Shown piece by piece: positions 55,020-62,921 of a stretch of DNA of 64,000 nucleotides. The notes under the pieces were generated by a model that made no database searches, was not told the DNA's origin, and worked only from the letters and a program-made list of their open reading frames with translations. The stretch lies in the NCBI GenBank assembly GCA_035530195.1, contig DATKVG010000217.1, positions 5,241-69,240 of the forward strand. Direction: 5' to 3'. A program made the position numbers and the translations under genes. Source of the stretch: Candidatus Bathyarchaeia archaeon. Lineage in GTDB: Bacteria > Hydrogenedentota > Hydrogenedentia > Hydrogenedentales > SLHB01. The first letter of the stretch is position 1. Each line of letters begins with the position of its first letter.

Positions 55020-55796
55020 ATGAGCAGCATTACGGTCTTGACACTCGTGCCTAACGCGGGCGACCGCCTCCCGCGATGCCTCGACAGCGTCGCCTGGGCC
55101 GACGAGGTGTTTTGCGTGGTCGACCCCAAAACGGTCGACGGCTCGCAAAACGTCGCGCGCCGGCGGGCGACCCGCATCGAGGTGCACGAGTACGTCAATG
55201 CCGCACAGCAACGAAACTGGGCACTGCCCCAGATTCAAACCGAATGGACGCTGGTGCTGGATGCCGACGAGTGGGTGTCGGAGGAGTTGGCCGCCAGAAT
55301 CAAGCAACTAACCTCCAATAAGAACGCCTGCGACGGCTACAACATCCGGCGTCTCTCCTACTTTTTCGGGAAGCGCATCCACTATTGCGGCTGGCAACGG
55401 GATTACAACCTGCGCCTGTTTCGAACCCCCAAAGGCCGCTACCTCGACCGCCGGGTCCACTCCAAGGTTGTGGTCGATGGGACCGTCGGCCGCATCACGG
55501 AACCGATGTTCCACGATACCTACCGAAATTTCGACGAGTACTTTACAACGTTCCAGCGATTCACAACTTGGGGCGCGCAAGACCTCCACGACAAGGGAAA
55601 ACAGACCCGGATTTGGGACCTCACGATCCGCCCGGCGTTGCGGTTCTTCAAGATGTACATCCTGCGGCGGGGGTTTTTGGACGGCTATCATGGGGCGGTG
55701 TTGTGCGGGCTGGGGGCGTTCAGCGTGTTCGTGAAATATGCCAAGCTCTGGCGCCTTCAACGGGGCTCGGGGCCGGATGAGAAGCGTGGGGCGTAG
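55020..55796 (+). CDS. glycosyltransferase family 2
   Basis: Start at MSSITVLTLVPNAGDRL. VVDPKTVDGS and LVLDADEWV (DxD). Confidence 0.7.
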   Translation: MSSITVLTLVPNAGDRLPRCLDSVAWADEVFCVVDPKTVDGSQNVARRRATRIEVHEYVNAAQQRNWALPQIQTEWTLVLDADEWVSEELAARIKQLTSNKNACDGYNIRRLSYFFGKRIHYCGWQRDYNLRLFRTPKGRYLDRRVHSKVVVDGTVGRITEPMFHDTYRNFDEYFTTFQRFTTWGAQDLHDKGKQTRIWDLTIRPALRFFKMYILRRGFLDGYHGAVLCGLGAFSVFVKYAKLWRLQRGSGPDEKRGA

Positions 55797-55844
55797 GAAG
55801 CCGGGAGCTGGTATTACTACGGGCAGGTTTAGTAATATCGTGGC

Positions 55845-56747
55845 ATGGACCACCTTCTAGCTGCACGGACCAACACGGACGAACACGGACGAACACGGAC
55901 CGTGTTGGCGGTCCTGTGTCTTGCAAGCGCCGTCTTGGGGTGCGGCAGGCTGGCTTGGGCGGAAGAGCCGCTTGTAATCGTAGTGGGGAGCAGCCACATC
56001 GGCGATGTTGTAAAGGCCCTTTCAGGCGACACGCCTCTTACCATTCAGACGCTTGTCCCGCCGACAATGTGCCCCGGCCATTTTGACGCGAAGCCAAGTG
56101 AAATCGCGGCCGTGAAAAACGCGCGTTGCGTGTTGCTTCACGACTGGCAGCAACCCATGCCGGGGATCCGGTCGGTGCTTACGGCGGCGCAGGTCCCTCG
56201 AGATCGCGTTCACACGATTGCTGTTTCCGGCAACTGGCTTGTGCCGGCGGTGCAAGAGCAGGCGGTGCAACGGGTTGAGTCGGTGCTAGCGGGGCTGGAT
56301 CCGGCGCGGGCAGACGAATACCAGGCAAGAGCTTCGAAGCGGATCGAGGCTGTTCGCAAGGCAGGCGAAACCTTCTTAAGTCAAGTGAAGGAAGGGGGTT
56401 GTAGCGGCATGAGCGTCATTTGCCACGACAAACTGGCTGACTTCTTGAAGTGGGCGGGGTTTGCTGTGATCCGAGAGTATGGCCAAGACGGGCAACTGAG
56501 CGCGGGCCGGATGTCGGATCTGGTGCGGGTAGGCCGTGCGGCCGGGGTGAAGTTGGTGGTTGACAATGTTCAGGGTGGGGGGCTGCGCACCGGCGCGGTA
56601 ATTGCCCGGGACACGGGGGCCGCGCACGTGATTCTGTCGAATTTCCCCGGCGGGTTTTCGGGAGTCGAGACGTGGGAAGACACGCTGCGGGAAAACGCGG
56701 ACCTTCTGGTACGGGCGGCGAAAGGAATCAGGCAAAATGGCCCCTGA
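55845..56747 (+). CDS. metal ABC transporter substrate-binding lipoprotein (ZnuA/TroA-like); the true start is possibly GTG 55902
   Basis: The lipobox LAVLCLASAVLGC lies directly after the 10 bp repeat. The gene forms an operon with Znu/Mnt-type ATPase and permease genes. The first 19 codons of the ORF-track model are encoded by the repeat. Confidence 0.55.
   Translation: MDHLLAARTNTDEHGRTRTVLAVLCLASAVLGCGRLAWAEEPLVIVVGSSHIGDVVKALSGDTPLTIQTLVPPTMCPGHFDAKPSEIAAVKNARCVLLHDWQQPMPGIRSVLTAAQVPRDRVHTIAVSGNWLVPAVQEQAVQRVESVLAGLDPARADEYQARASKRIEAVRKAGETFLSQVKEGGCSGMSVICHDKLADFLKWAGFAVIREYGQDGQLSAGRMSDLVRVGRAAGVKLVVDNVQGGGLRTGAVIARDTGAAHVILSNFPGGFSGVETWEDTLRENADLLVRAAKGIRQNGP
55861..55900. repeat. 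4 x 10 bp tandem repeat (SWRCACGGAC), followed by the complementary cgtgtt
   Basis: ctgcacggac caacacggac gaacacggac gaacacggac, then cgtgtt, which forms an aacacgg-a-ccgtgtt palindrome. Confidence 0.95.
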
Positions 56748-57537
56748 TACGGCCATCGAGTTCGAAAAAGCCACGGTGCGGTACCACCGGCGGCTGGCAC
56801 TGGACGAGGTGTCGCTGAGCGTAGGGCGTGGCGAGTTTGTCGGCATCATCGGCCCCAACGGCGCGGGTAAAACTACCCTGTTGAAGAGCGTGAATGGGTT
56901 GGTGCGGCTGTGGTCGGGCCGGGTGGGTGTGCTGGGGCTTGAACCGCACAATGGCGCGGGGCACCGCGTCCGCAAACGGGTGGGCTACCTGCCGCAGGCG
57001 CCGCAAATCGACTCGAGGGTCCCGCTGGCCGTGCGGGACACGGTGCTGGCGGGACGGTGGGGCCGGCTGGGGTGGCTGAGGCGGCCGGGCCGTGCCGACC
57101 GGGAAGCAGTCGAGCGCGCGCTCGTGGCGGTGGGGGCGGCGCATCTGGCCGACCGGCCGGTGGGGAAGCTTTCGGGTGGCGAGTATCAGCGGGTGGCGCT
57201 CGCCCGGGTGCTGGCGCAGGAGCCGGACGTCTTCCTTTTCGACGAACCGACGGCCGGGATCGATCCGCAAGCTCAACTCGAGTTGCTCGAATTGATAAGG
57301 CGTGTGCACGCCGAACGGGAGGTTACCGCGCTGTACGTTACGCACCACATCCGGCTCGAGGACGGGCACGCCGCACTCCCCGAATGCTGCACCCGCCTGC
57401 TCATGATGCGGCACGGTCGGATCTGGCGCGACGGGCCCCGCGGCGACTTGGCGGATGAGGCGCTCCTGCGCGAGTTATACCACTGCTGTTCCGAAGCCGC
57501 GCCGCTCGCGGCGCCGCATGCCGGCGGGGGCTTTTGA
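56737..57537 (+). CDS. metal (Zn/Mn-type) ABC transporter ATP-binding protein
   Basis: GPNGAGKTTLLK, LSGGEYQRVALARVL, LFDEPTAGID. Confidence 0.85.
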   Translation: MAPDTAIEFEKATVRYHRRLALDEVSLSVGRGEFVGIIGPNGAGKTTLLKSVNGLVRLWSGRVGVLGLEPHNGAGHRVRKRVGYLPQAPQIDSRVPLAVRDTVLAGRWGRLGWLRRPGRADREAVERALVAVGAAHLADRPVGKLSGGEYQRVALARVLAQEPDVFLFDEPTAGIDPQAQLELLELIRRVHAEREVTALYVTHHIRLEDGHAALPECCTRLLMMRHGRIWRDGPRGDLADEALLRELYHCCSEAAPLAAPHAGGGF

Positions 57538-58352
57538 TGATGGGATGGCTCGGCGACCAGTTCATGCAGAACGCCTTGCTGGCGGGCCTTTTTGCGGGGG
57601 TGGCGTGTTCGTTGGCGGGCGTTTTTGTGGTGACGATGCACGTGTCGTTCCTCGGGGTCTGTATTGCGCACGCGGCGCTTGCGGGGGCACTGATGGGCGA
57701 GTGGCTCGAGTTTAATCCGGTTATCGGTGCGCTCGGGTTCAGTGTAGGCGCGGCCGGGCTGGTCGGCCCGCTCGCGGACAAAGGCGACCTCAGCCCCGAC
57801 TCGGCGATAGGCATTGTGTTTTCGCTGATGCTTGGGCTGAGCCTGTTGTTTCTGGGCTTGATTCCCGGGTCGCGCACGGAAGCGCTGAACCTGTTCTGGG
57901 GCAGCATCCTGACCGTGACGCGCGCCGACGTGGCGGTCCTCGCATTGACGGCGGCGGTGCTGGCCGCGCTGGTGGTCCTGTTTTTCAAGGAAATCCAGGC
58001 GGTGGTGTGCCACCGTCACGTAGCGCTTGCCGTGGGGATTCCTGCGGGGATTGTGTTCTACGGGATGCTTCTGGGGACGGGCGCCACCATGGCGGTGTCG
58101 TTGCGCAGCGTGGGCGGGCTGGTCATTTTCTGCCTCATCATTAACCCCGCCGCCGCCGCGTTCCAGCTTACGTACAGTCTCAAGCGGATGTTTGTCATCT
58201 CGGCGGTGCTGGGCGTGTTTTCCTGCTGGGCGGGTTTGGCGGCTTCATATTTTTGGGACCTGCGCACCGGGGCGTGCATTGCGATAGTCTCGTCGTGCGT
58301 GTTTGCCCTGGCGGCCGCCGTGTCGCCCAAGAGGCGGCTCGCCTGGAGATAA
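57534..58352 (+). CDS. metal ABC transporter permease (ABC-3 family)
   Basis: An 8-9 TM protein with FMQNALLAGL..GV.C...G.FVV and the typical ABC-3 layout. ATGA overlap with the ATPase gene. Confidence 0.75.
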   Translation: MMMGWLGDQFMQNALLAGLFAGVACSLAGVFVVTMHVSFLGVCIAHAALAGALMGEWLEFNPVIGALGFSVGAAGLVGPLADKGDLSPDSAIGIVFSLMLGLSLLFLGLIPGSRTEALNLFWGSILTVTRADVAVLALTAAVLAALVVLFFKEIQAVVCHRHVALAVGIPAGIVFYGMLLGTGATMAVSLRSVGGLVIFCLIINPAAAAFQLTYSLKRMFVISAVLGVFSCWAGLAASYFWDLRTGACIAIVSSCVFALAAAVSPKRRLAWR

Positions 58353-58387
58353 TGGACTTAGTGGACACGGTGGACACGGTGGACGAA
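58352..58387. repeat. 4 x 9 bp tandem repeat (atggactta gtggacacg gtggacacg gtggacgaa)
   Basis: Read directly from the sequence; it starts at the stop codon of the permease gene. Confidence 0.9.
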
Positions 58388-58509
58388 GACAATGGGCTCG
58401 AAGAGTCAGGGTTTTTTTGACGAGCGGCGTCTGGGACACCCCCCGGCCGCGCCGAAGGCGCCGCACTTTAGTGCGCCTTTGTTGAGGGCATGTCCATTTT
58501 CTCACTCCC

Positions 58510-58536
58510 CTTATGTCCCTTACGTCCTTTATGTCC
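58510..58536. repeat. 3 x 9 bp tandem repeat (YttaYgtcc; GGAC core on the minus strand)
   Basis: cttatgtcc cttacgtcc tttatgtcc. Confidence 0.9.
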
Positions 58537-58580
58537 TTTTTCCCATCTTCTTACCCGGCTTCCATCCCCCCTTCAAGGAC

Positions 58581-58608
58581 CCCAAACCCCAAACCCCATA
58601 CCCCATAC
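58581..58608. repeat. 4 x 7 bp repeat (cccaaac x2, cccatac x2); G-quadruplex motif on the minus strand
   Basis: The minus strand of 58578-58612 reads gggtatggggtatggggtttggggtttgggg. Confidence 0.9.
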
Positions 58609-58657
58609 CCGATCTTGACGGCGGCTTACCACGCTGTGGAGATAGTTGACAAAGCCA

Positions 58658-59254
58658 ATGGCCTCAAAAATTCAGACGTTTTTTGACGAGCGCGCCGCGG
58701 GATGGGATTCCAGCGTGCCGGCGGACGTCATCGAGCGGGCACGCGAAATCATCGAGCAGCTTGGCATCGCACCGGGCAGCCGTATTCTCGACGTTGGTTG
58801 CGGTACGGGCGTGCTTGTGCCCATGCTGCGCGAACTGATGCAGGCGAGAGGCTTTGTCGCCGCCACCGACGTGTCCATCAACATGCTTCGCGAAGGCCGG
58901 AAGAAGTATGGGGGCGAGTTGGCGGGTTGGGTGCAGTCCGACGCGGCTCGCCTGCCGTTGCGCGGGGAAAGCGTTGACTGGGTCCTGTGCTACAGCGTGT
59001 TCCCACACTTCGAGGACCAGCGCGGGGCGGTTTTCGAGCTTGCCGGGGCGTTGACTCGAGGCGGCCGGCTCGCCATTTTCCACAGCAAGAGCCGCGAAGA
59101 TATCAACGCCTTTCACCGCGAGATCGGCGGCGAGGTCGGCGGCCATGAGTTGCCGGACGAACCCGAGATGCGCGAGATCCTCGAGGGGGCGGGGCTCAAG
59201 GTCGAGCGGCTCGAGAACCGGAGCGACCGGTATTTGGCGCTGGCTATCAAGTAG
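58658..59254 (+). CDS. class I SAM-dependent methyltransferase
   Basis: Start at MASKIQTFFDERA; the ORF-track start at 58646 is a TTG 12 nt upstream. Motif I ILDVGCGTGVL and motif post-I VAATDVS. Confidence 0.8.
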   Translation: MASKIQTFFDERAAGWDSSVPADVIERAREIIEQLGIAPGSRILDVGCGTGVLVPMLRELMQARGFVAATDVSINMLREGRKKYGGELAGWVQSDAARLPLRGESVDWVLCYSVFPHFEDQRGAVFELAGALTRGGRLAIFHSKSREDINAFHREIGGEVGGHELPDEPEMREILEGAGLKVERLENRSDRYLALAIK

Positions 59255-59255
59255 T

Positions 59256-60194
59256 TTATTTCCCGAGCAGGTGGCGGAAGTAGGCGATGGTGGGTTTGAG
59301 GCCTTCCTCGAGGGGGATTTTAGGTTCCCAGTCAAGTTTTTCACGGGCCAGTGAAATGTCGGGGCGTCTGCGGACGGGGTCGTCGGCCGGGAGCGGTTTG
59401 TGAACAATCTTCGAGGGGCCGCCAACCTGGCGGACCACTTCCTCGGCCAGTTGCTGGATGGTGAACTCGCCGGGGTTGCCGATGTTCACGGGCCCGGTGA
59501 GGTCCTCGCAGTCCATCATACGGATCAGCGCGTCGACGAGGTCGGACTGGTAGCAGAACGACCGGGTCTGGCTCCCGTCGCCGTACACGGTGATCGGCTC
59601 GCCGCGCAGGGCCTGGACAATAAAGTTGCTCACGACGCGGCCATCGTTGACGAGCATGCGGGGTCCGTACGTGTTGAAGATGCGGACGACCCGGATGTCG
59701 ACGCCGTTCTGGCGGTGGTAATCGAAGAAAAGCGTTTCAGCGACCCGCTTGCCTTCGTCGTAGCAACTGCGCAGGCCGACGGGGTTCACATTGCCCCAGT
59801 AGGACTCCGTTTGGGGGTGGACGGTGGGGTCGCCGTACACCTCCGAGGTGGATGCCTGAAGGATCCGGGCTTTGACGCGTTTGGCCAAGCCCAGCATGTT
59901 GAGCGCCCCCATGACGTTGGTTTTGATCGTCTTAACAGGGTTAAACTGGTAGTGGATAGGCGAGGCGGGGCAGGCGAGGTTGTAGATCCGGTCCACTTCC
60001 ACCAGCAGCGGCTCGGTGACGTCGTGGCGCAGCAACTCGAACCGCGGGTTGGGCCGCATGGGGCGGATGTTGTCCTTGCGGCCGGTGAAGAAGTTGTCCA
60101 GGCAGACGACTTCCTCGCCGCGCTCCAGCAGTTTCTCACACAGATGCGAGCCAATAAAGCCCGCCCCGCCTGTCACCAGATTTACGTAAGCCAC
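59256..60194 (-). CDS. UDP-glucuronate decarboxylase (UDP-xylose synthase)
   Basis: A GTG start with GGGAGGA 6 nt upstream. [33 protein letters not shown] and YDEGKR are the UXS signatures. Confidence 0.9.
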   Translation of the reverse strand: MAYVNLVTGGAGFIGSHLCEKLLERGEEVVCLDNFFTGRKDNIRPMRPNPRFELLRHDVTEPLLVEVDRIYNLACPASPIHYQFNPVKTIKTNVMGALNMLGLAKRVKARILQASTSEVYGDPTVHPQTESYWGNVNPVGLRSCYDEGKRVAETLFFDYHRQNGVDIRVVRIFNTYGPRMLVNDGRVVSNFIVQALRGEPITVYGDGSQTRSFCYQSDLVDALIRMMDCEDLTGPVNIGNPGEFTIQQLAEEVVRQVGGPSKIVHKPLPADDPVRRRPDISLAREKLDWEPKIPLEEGLKPTIAYFRHLLGK

Positions 60195-60371
60195 CGTTAG
60201 TCCTCCCGCGGACGCGCATGTTGCGCCCATATTGTATGCAATTTGGCGGGACTCAGACAATCTGTGCCGATCAAGACCCGTACACAAGGCCCTCCCACGA
60301 TCTTGCCGTCAAGAACAAGGATCGCAGCGAGGAGCAAGCGGCAAGATGCCGCTTCTACACTGGCCGCAAAG

Positions 60372-60395
60372 GTAGACGCGGCATCCTGCCGCGTT
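60372..60395. repeat. dispersed palindromic element, family C
   Basis: gtagacgcggcatcctgccgcgtt, paired with an inverted partial copy at 60341-60358 (gcaagatgccgcttctac). Confidence 0.8.
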
Positions 60396-60616
60396 ACGCG
60401 TTTCTTACGTGCGGATCAAAGAGATGACGCAGCATTGGTGATCCTGCTTACCGGTTGTAGTATCATGGATTTCAGTGCACATGGGCTTGGCCGGGAAAAC
60501 AGATGCCGATAAACAACCCCCACGAGCGGCTCGAACAGAAACCTGAGCCGGTTTTGACCGGCGATGCCGGGGTCGGGCAAAATGATTTGGATGCAAGCTC
60601 ACCGGTGGTAGTTTTC

Positions 60617-61486
60617 ATGCAGCTTTTTAAATCCCTGCGCGCGTACCAGTGGTCGAAAAACCTGTTGTTGTTTGCGGCGCTGGTATTTGCGCGGCAGCTC
60701 CAGGTTCCCGGCCAGTTGACGAAGGCCGTGATCGCGTTTTTGGCGTTTTGCGCCGCTTCGAGCGCCATGTACATGCTCAACGACATCCTCGATGTAAAAC
60801 AGGACCGCCTTCACCCGGAAAAATGCAAGCGGCCGATAGCCAGCGGGAAACTTTCGATATCGACGGCGGGTGCGGCGGCGGTCGTGCTGGGATCTGTCGC
60901 CCTGGGGTTGTCCGGGTTTCTGGGGCTGGGGTTCCTGGGTATTATGGCGGTTTACGTGTTCATCACCGTCGCGTACAGCCTGGGGCTGAAAAACGTCTTC
61001 TTGGTGGACGTGCTGGTTATCTCGATAGGGTTTGTGATCCGGGCGCTGGCGGGCGCGGTTGCGCTCGATGTACCGTTTTCAAACTGGCTGATGGTGTGCA
61101 CGCTGTTTCTGGCGCTGTTTTTGAGCCTCAGCAAGAGGCGTTACGAGATCCAGCTCCTCGAGGAAGAGGCGGTCAACCACCGCGAAGTGCTGGGCCACTA
61201 TACGGTCGAGTATCTGGACAGCCTGAACCTGGTGGTGGCGTGCGCTACGCTGATCACCTACACGATCTACACCTGCTCCCCGGAAGTGGTTGAGCGGCTG
61301 GGAACCGACCGCCTCTATTTGACGCTGCCGTTTGTGGTGTATGGGCTGTTCCGTTACCTGTACCTGCTGCACGCCAATACGCACGGCGGCGACCCGGCCC
61401 GGACGCTCGTCAAGGATAAATATCTGGCGGTGACGGTCTTATTGTGGGGGGTGCTGTGCGTCATCATTATTTACGGCAAGATTTAG
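60617..61486 (+). CDS. UbiA-family prenyltransferase, decaprenyl-phosphate phosphoribosyltransferase-like
   Basis: YQWSKNLLLFAALVFA and NDILDVKQDRLHPEKCKRPIASGKLS (the first Asp-rich motif of the DPPR synthase subfamily). The start could be as early as 60503. Confidence 0.7.
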   Translation: MQLFKSLRAYQWSKNLLLFAALVFARQLQVPGQLTKAVIAFLAFCAASSAMYMLNDILDVKQDRLHPEKCKRPIASGKLSISTAGAAAVVLGSVALGLSGFLGLGFLGIMAVYVFITVAYSLGLKNVFLVDVLVISIGFVIRALAGAVALDVPFSNWLMVCTLFLALFLSLSKRRYEIQLLEEEAVNHREVLGHYTVEYLDSLNLVVACATLITYTIYTCSPEVVERLGTDRLYLTLPFVVYGLFRYLYLLHANTHGGDPARTLVKDKYLAVTVLLWGVLCVIIIYGKI

Positions 61487-61524
61487 CTTTTTCAGCCTGT
61501 TTTTACGCAAGGGAGAGACGCCTG

Positions 61525-61602
61525 ATGGCTGAAATGCTGGCGGTTGACCTCGAGAAAAACGGGTGTCCCCGCTTTTCCTACGCTAGGGAGGAGGATGCCT
61601 GA
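61525..61602 (+). CDS. 25-codon upstream ORF whose N-terminus duplicates that of glgC; its stop overlaps the glgC ATG (TGATG)
   Basis: It encodes MAEMLAVDLEKNGCPRFSYAREEDA*, compared with glgC MADTLAVDLE. It has its own SD-like GGGAGAG. Coding status is unproven. Confidence 0.35.
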   Translation: MAEMLAVDLEKNGCPRFSYAREEDA

Positions 61603-62915
61603 TGGCCGATACGCTGGCGGTTGACCTCGAGATCGGCCCGGACATCATGGGGCGGGTGGGGGCGCTGGTCTTGGGCGGCGGCCGCGGAGCCAGGCTTCAC
61701 CCGCTGACGGCGTTGCGCGCGAAACCGGCGGTGCCGCTGCTGGGGCGGTACCGGCTTGTCGACATTCCGCTGAGCCAATGCATTCATTCGGGCGTGAAGA
61801 AGATCATGGTTCTCACCCAGTTCAACAGCGCCTCGCTTCACCGGCACATTCAAAACAGCTACCACTTCGATAACTTCTCGAAGGGATACGTCGAAATCCT
61901 CGCCGCCGAGCAGACTATCGAAAGCGGCGACTGGTACCAGGGAACCGCCGACGCCATCCGGAAGCAACTCCGGCACGTCCGCGACATGCGGGTGAAGTAC
62001 TACCTCATTTTATCCGGCGACCAACTGTACAGCATGGATTATCGAACGCTGATGAGGACGCATCTGCGCAACAAGGCCGATATCACCGTGGCGGCGCTAC
62101 CGGTTTCTCGCAATGACGCGTCGCAACTGGGCATACTCAAGGTTTCCAGCCGCGGGCGGATCCGGTCGTTTACCGAGAAACCCAAGGACCCGGCCGTGCT
62201 CGAGCAGCTCGCAATGCCGGCGGCGTTTTTCAGCCGGCGCGGGATCCACGCGGGGGGGCGGGATTGCCTGGCGTCGATGGGCGTTTACCTGTTTAATGCC
62301 AGGGTGCTCGAAGAAATCCTTGAAAGCCGGGCCGAGTGGAACGACTTCGGCAAGCACATCATTCCTTACTCGCTCAAGACCCACCGGGTGTTCGCGCATC
62401 TTTTCGATGGGTATTGGGAAGATATCGGAACGGTCCGGTCGTACTATGAAGTTCACATGCGGATGGTGGGTCCGAACCCGCCGCTGGACCTGTTCAAGCC
62501 TGGCGGCATTATCTATACGCATCCGAGGTACCTGCCCGGCTCCCGGTTCCAGGACGTCCAGATTAAGGATTCGATCATCAGCGAGGGTTGCCGGATCACC
62601 CGGGCCTCGATCGTCAACTCCCTGATCGGCATCCGAAGCATCATCCGAACCGGCGCCACCATCCACAGGTCAATCGTGATGGGCGCGGACTTCTTGGAAA
62701 GCGAGGCCGACGACGGTTCGGTCCCGATGGGAATTGGTTCGGGTTCGAGCATTTCCGGGGCCATCGTGGATAAAAACGCCCGGATTGGAAAAAATGTCGT
62801 CATCAAAGGGTCTCAGCGGCTGGCCGATTGCGACCGGAAAGGCTACGCCGTCCGAGATGGCATTGTGATAGTCTTGAAAAACGCGGTAATCCCGGACGGG
62901 ACACGGATCGAGTAG
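61602..62915 (+). CDS. glgC: glucose-1-phosphate adenylyltransferase
   Basis: LGGGRGARLHPLTALRAKPAVPLLGRYRLVDIPLSQCIHSG, FTEKP, and a C-terminal left-handed beta-helix. GGAGGAGGA precedes ATG 61602; an alternative start is at 61647. Confidence 0.9.
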   Translation: MADTLAVDLEIGPDIMGRVGALVLGGGRGARLHPLTALRAKPAVPLLGRYRLVDIPLSQCIHSGVKKIMVLTQFNSASLHRHIQNSYHFDNFSKGYVEILAAEQTIESGDWYQGTADAIRKQLRHVRDMRVKYYLILSGDQLYSMDYRTLMRTHLRNKADITVAALPVSRNDASQLGILKVSSRGRIRSFTEKPKDPAVLEQLAMPAAFFSRRGIHAGGRDCLASMGVYLFNARVLEEILESRAEWNDFGKHIIPYSLKTHRVFAHLFDGYWEDIGTVRSYYEVHMRMVGPNPPLDLFKPGGIIYTHPRYLPGSRFQDVQIKDSIISEGCRITRASIVNSLIGIRSIIRTGATIHRSIVMGADFLESEADDGSVPMGIGSGSSISGAIVDKNARIGKNVVIKGSQRLADCDRKGYAVRDGIVIVLKNAVIPDGTRIE

Positions 62916-62921
62916 TAGCGA

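Noticed and set aside
58581-58608. Telomere-like CCCAAAC/CCCATAC heptamers as a replicon end
   Set aside because: Ordinary genes continue on both sides and only four units are present. It is better explained as a local microsatellite forming a G4 motif.
58392-58649. 85 aa ORF as a genuine protein-coding gene
   Set aside because: Most of it is encoded by minisatellites and C-rich heptamers (PYVPYVLYVLF, KPQTPYPIP). It is retained only as a possible decoy or upstream ORF created by duplication of the methyltransferase 5' end.
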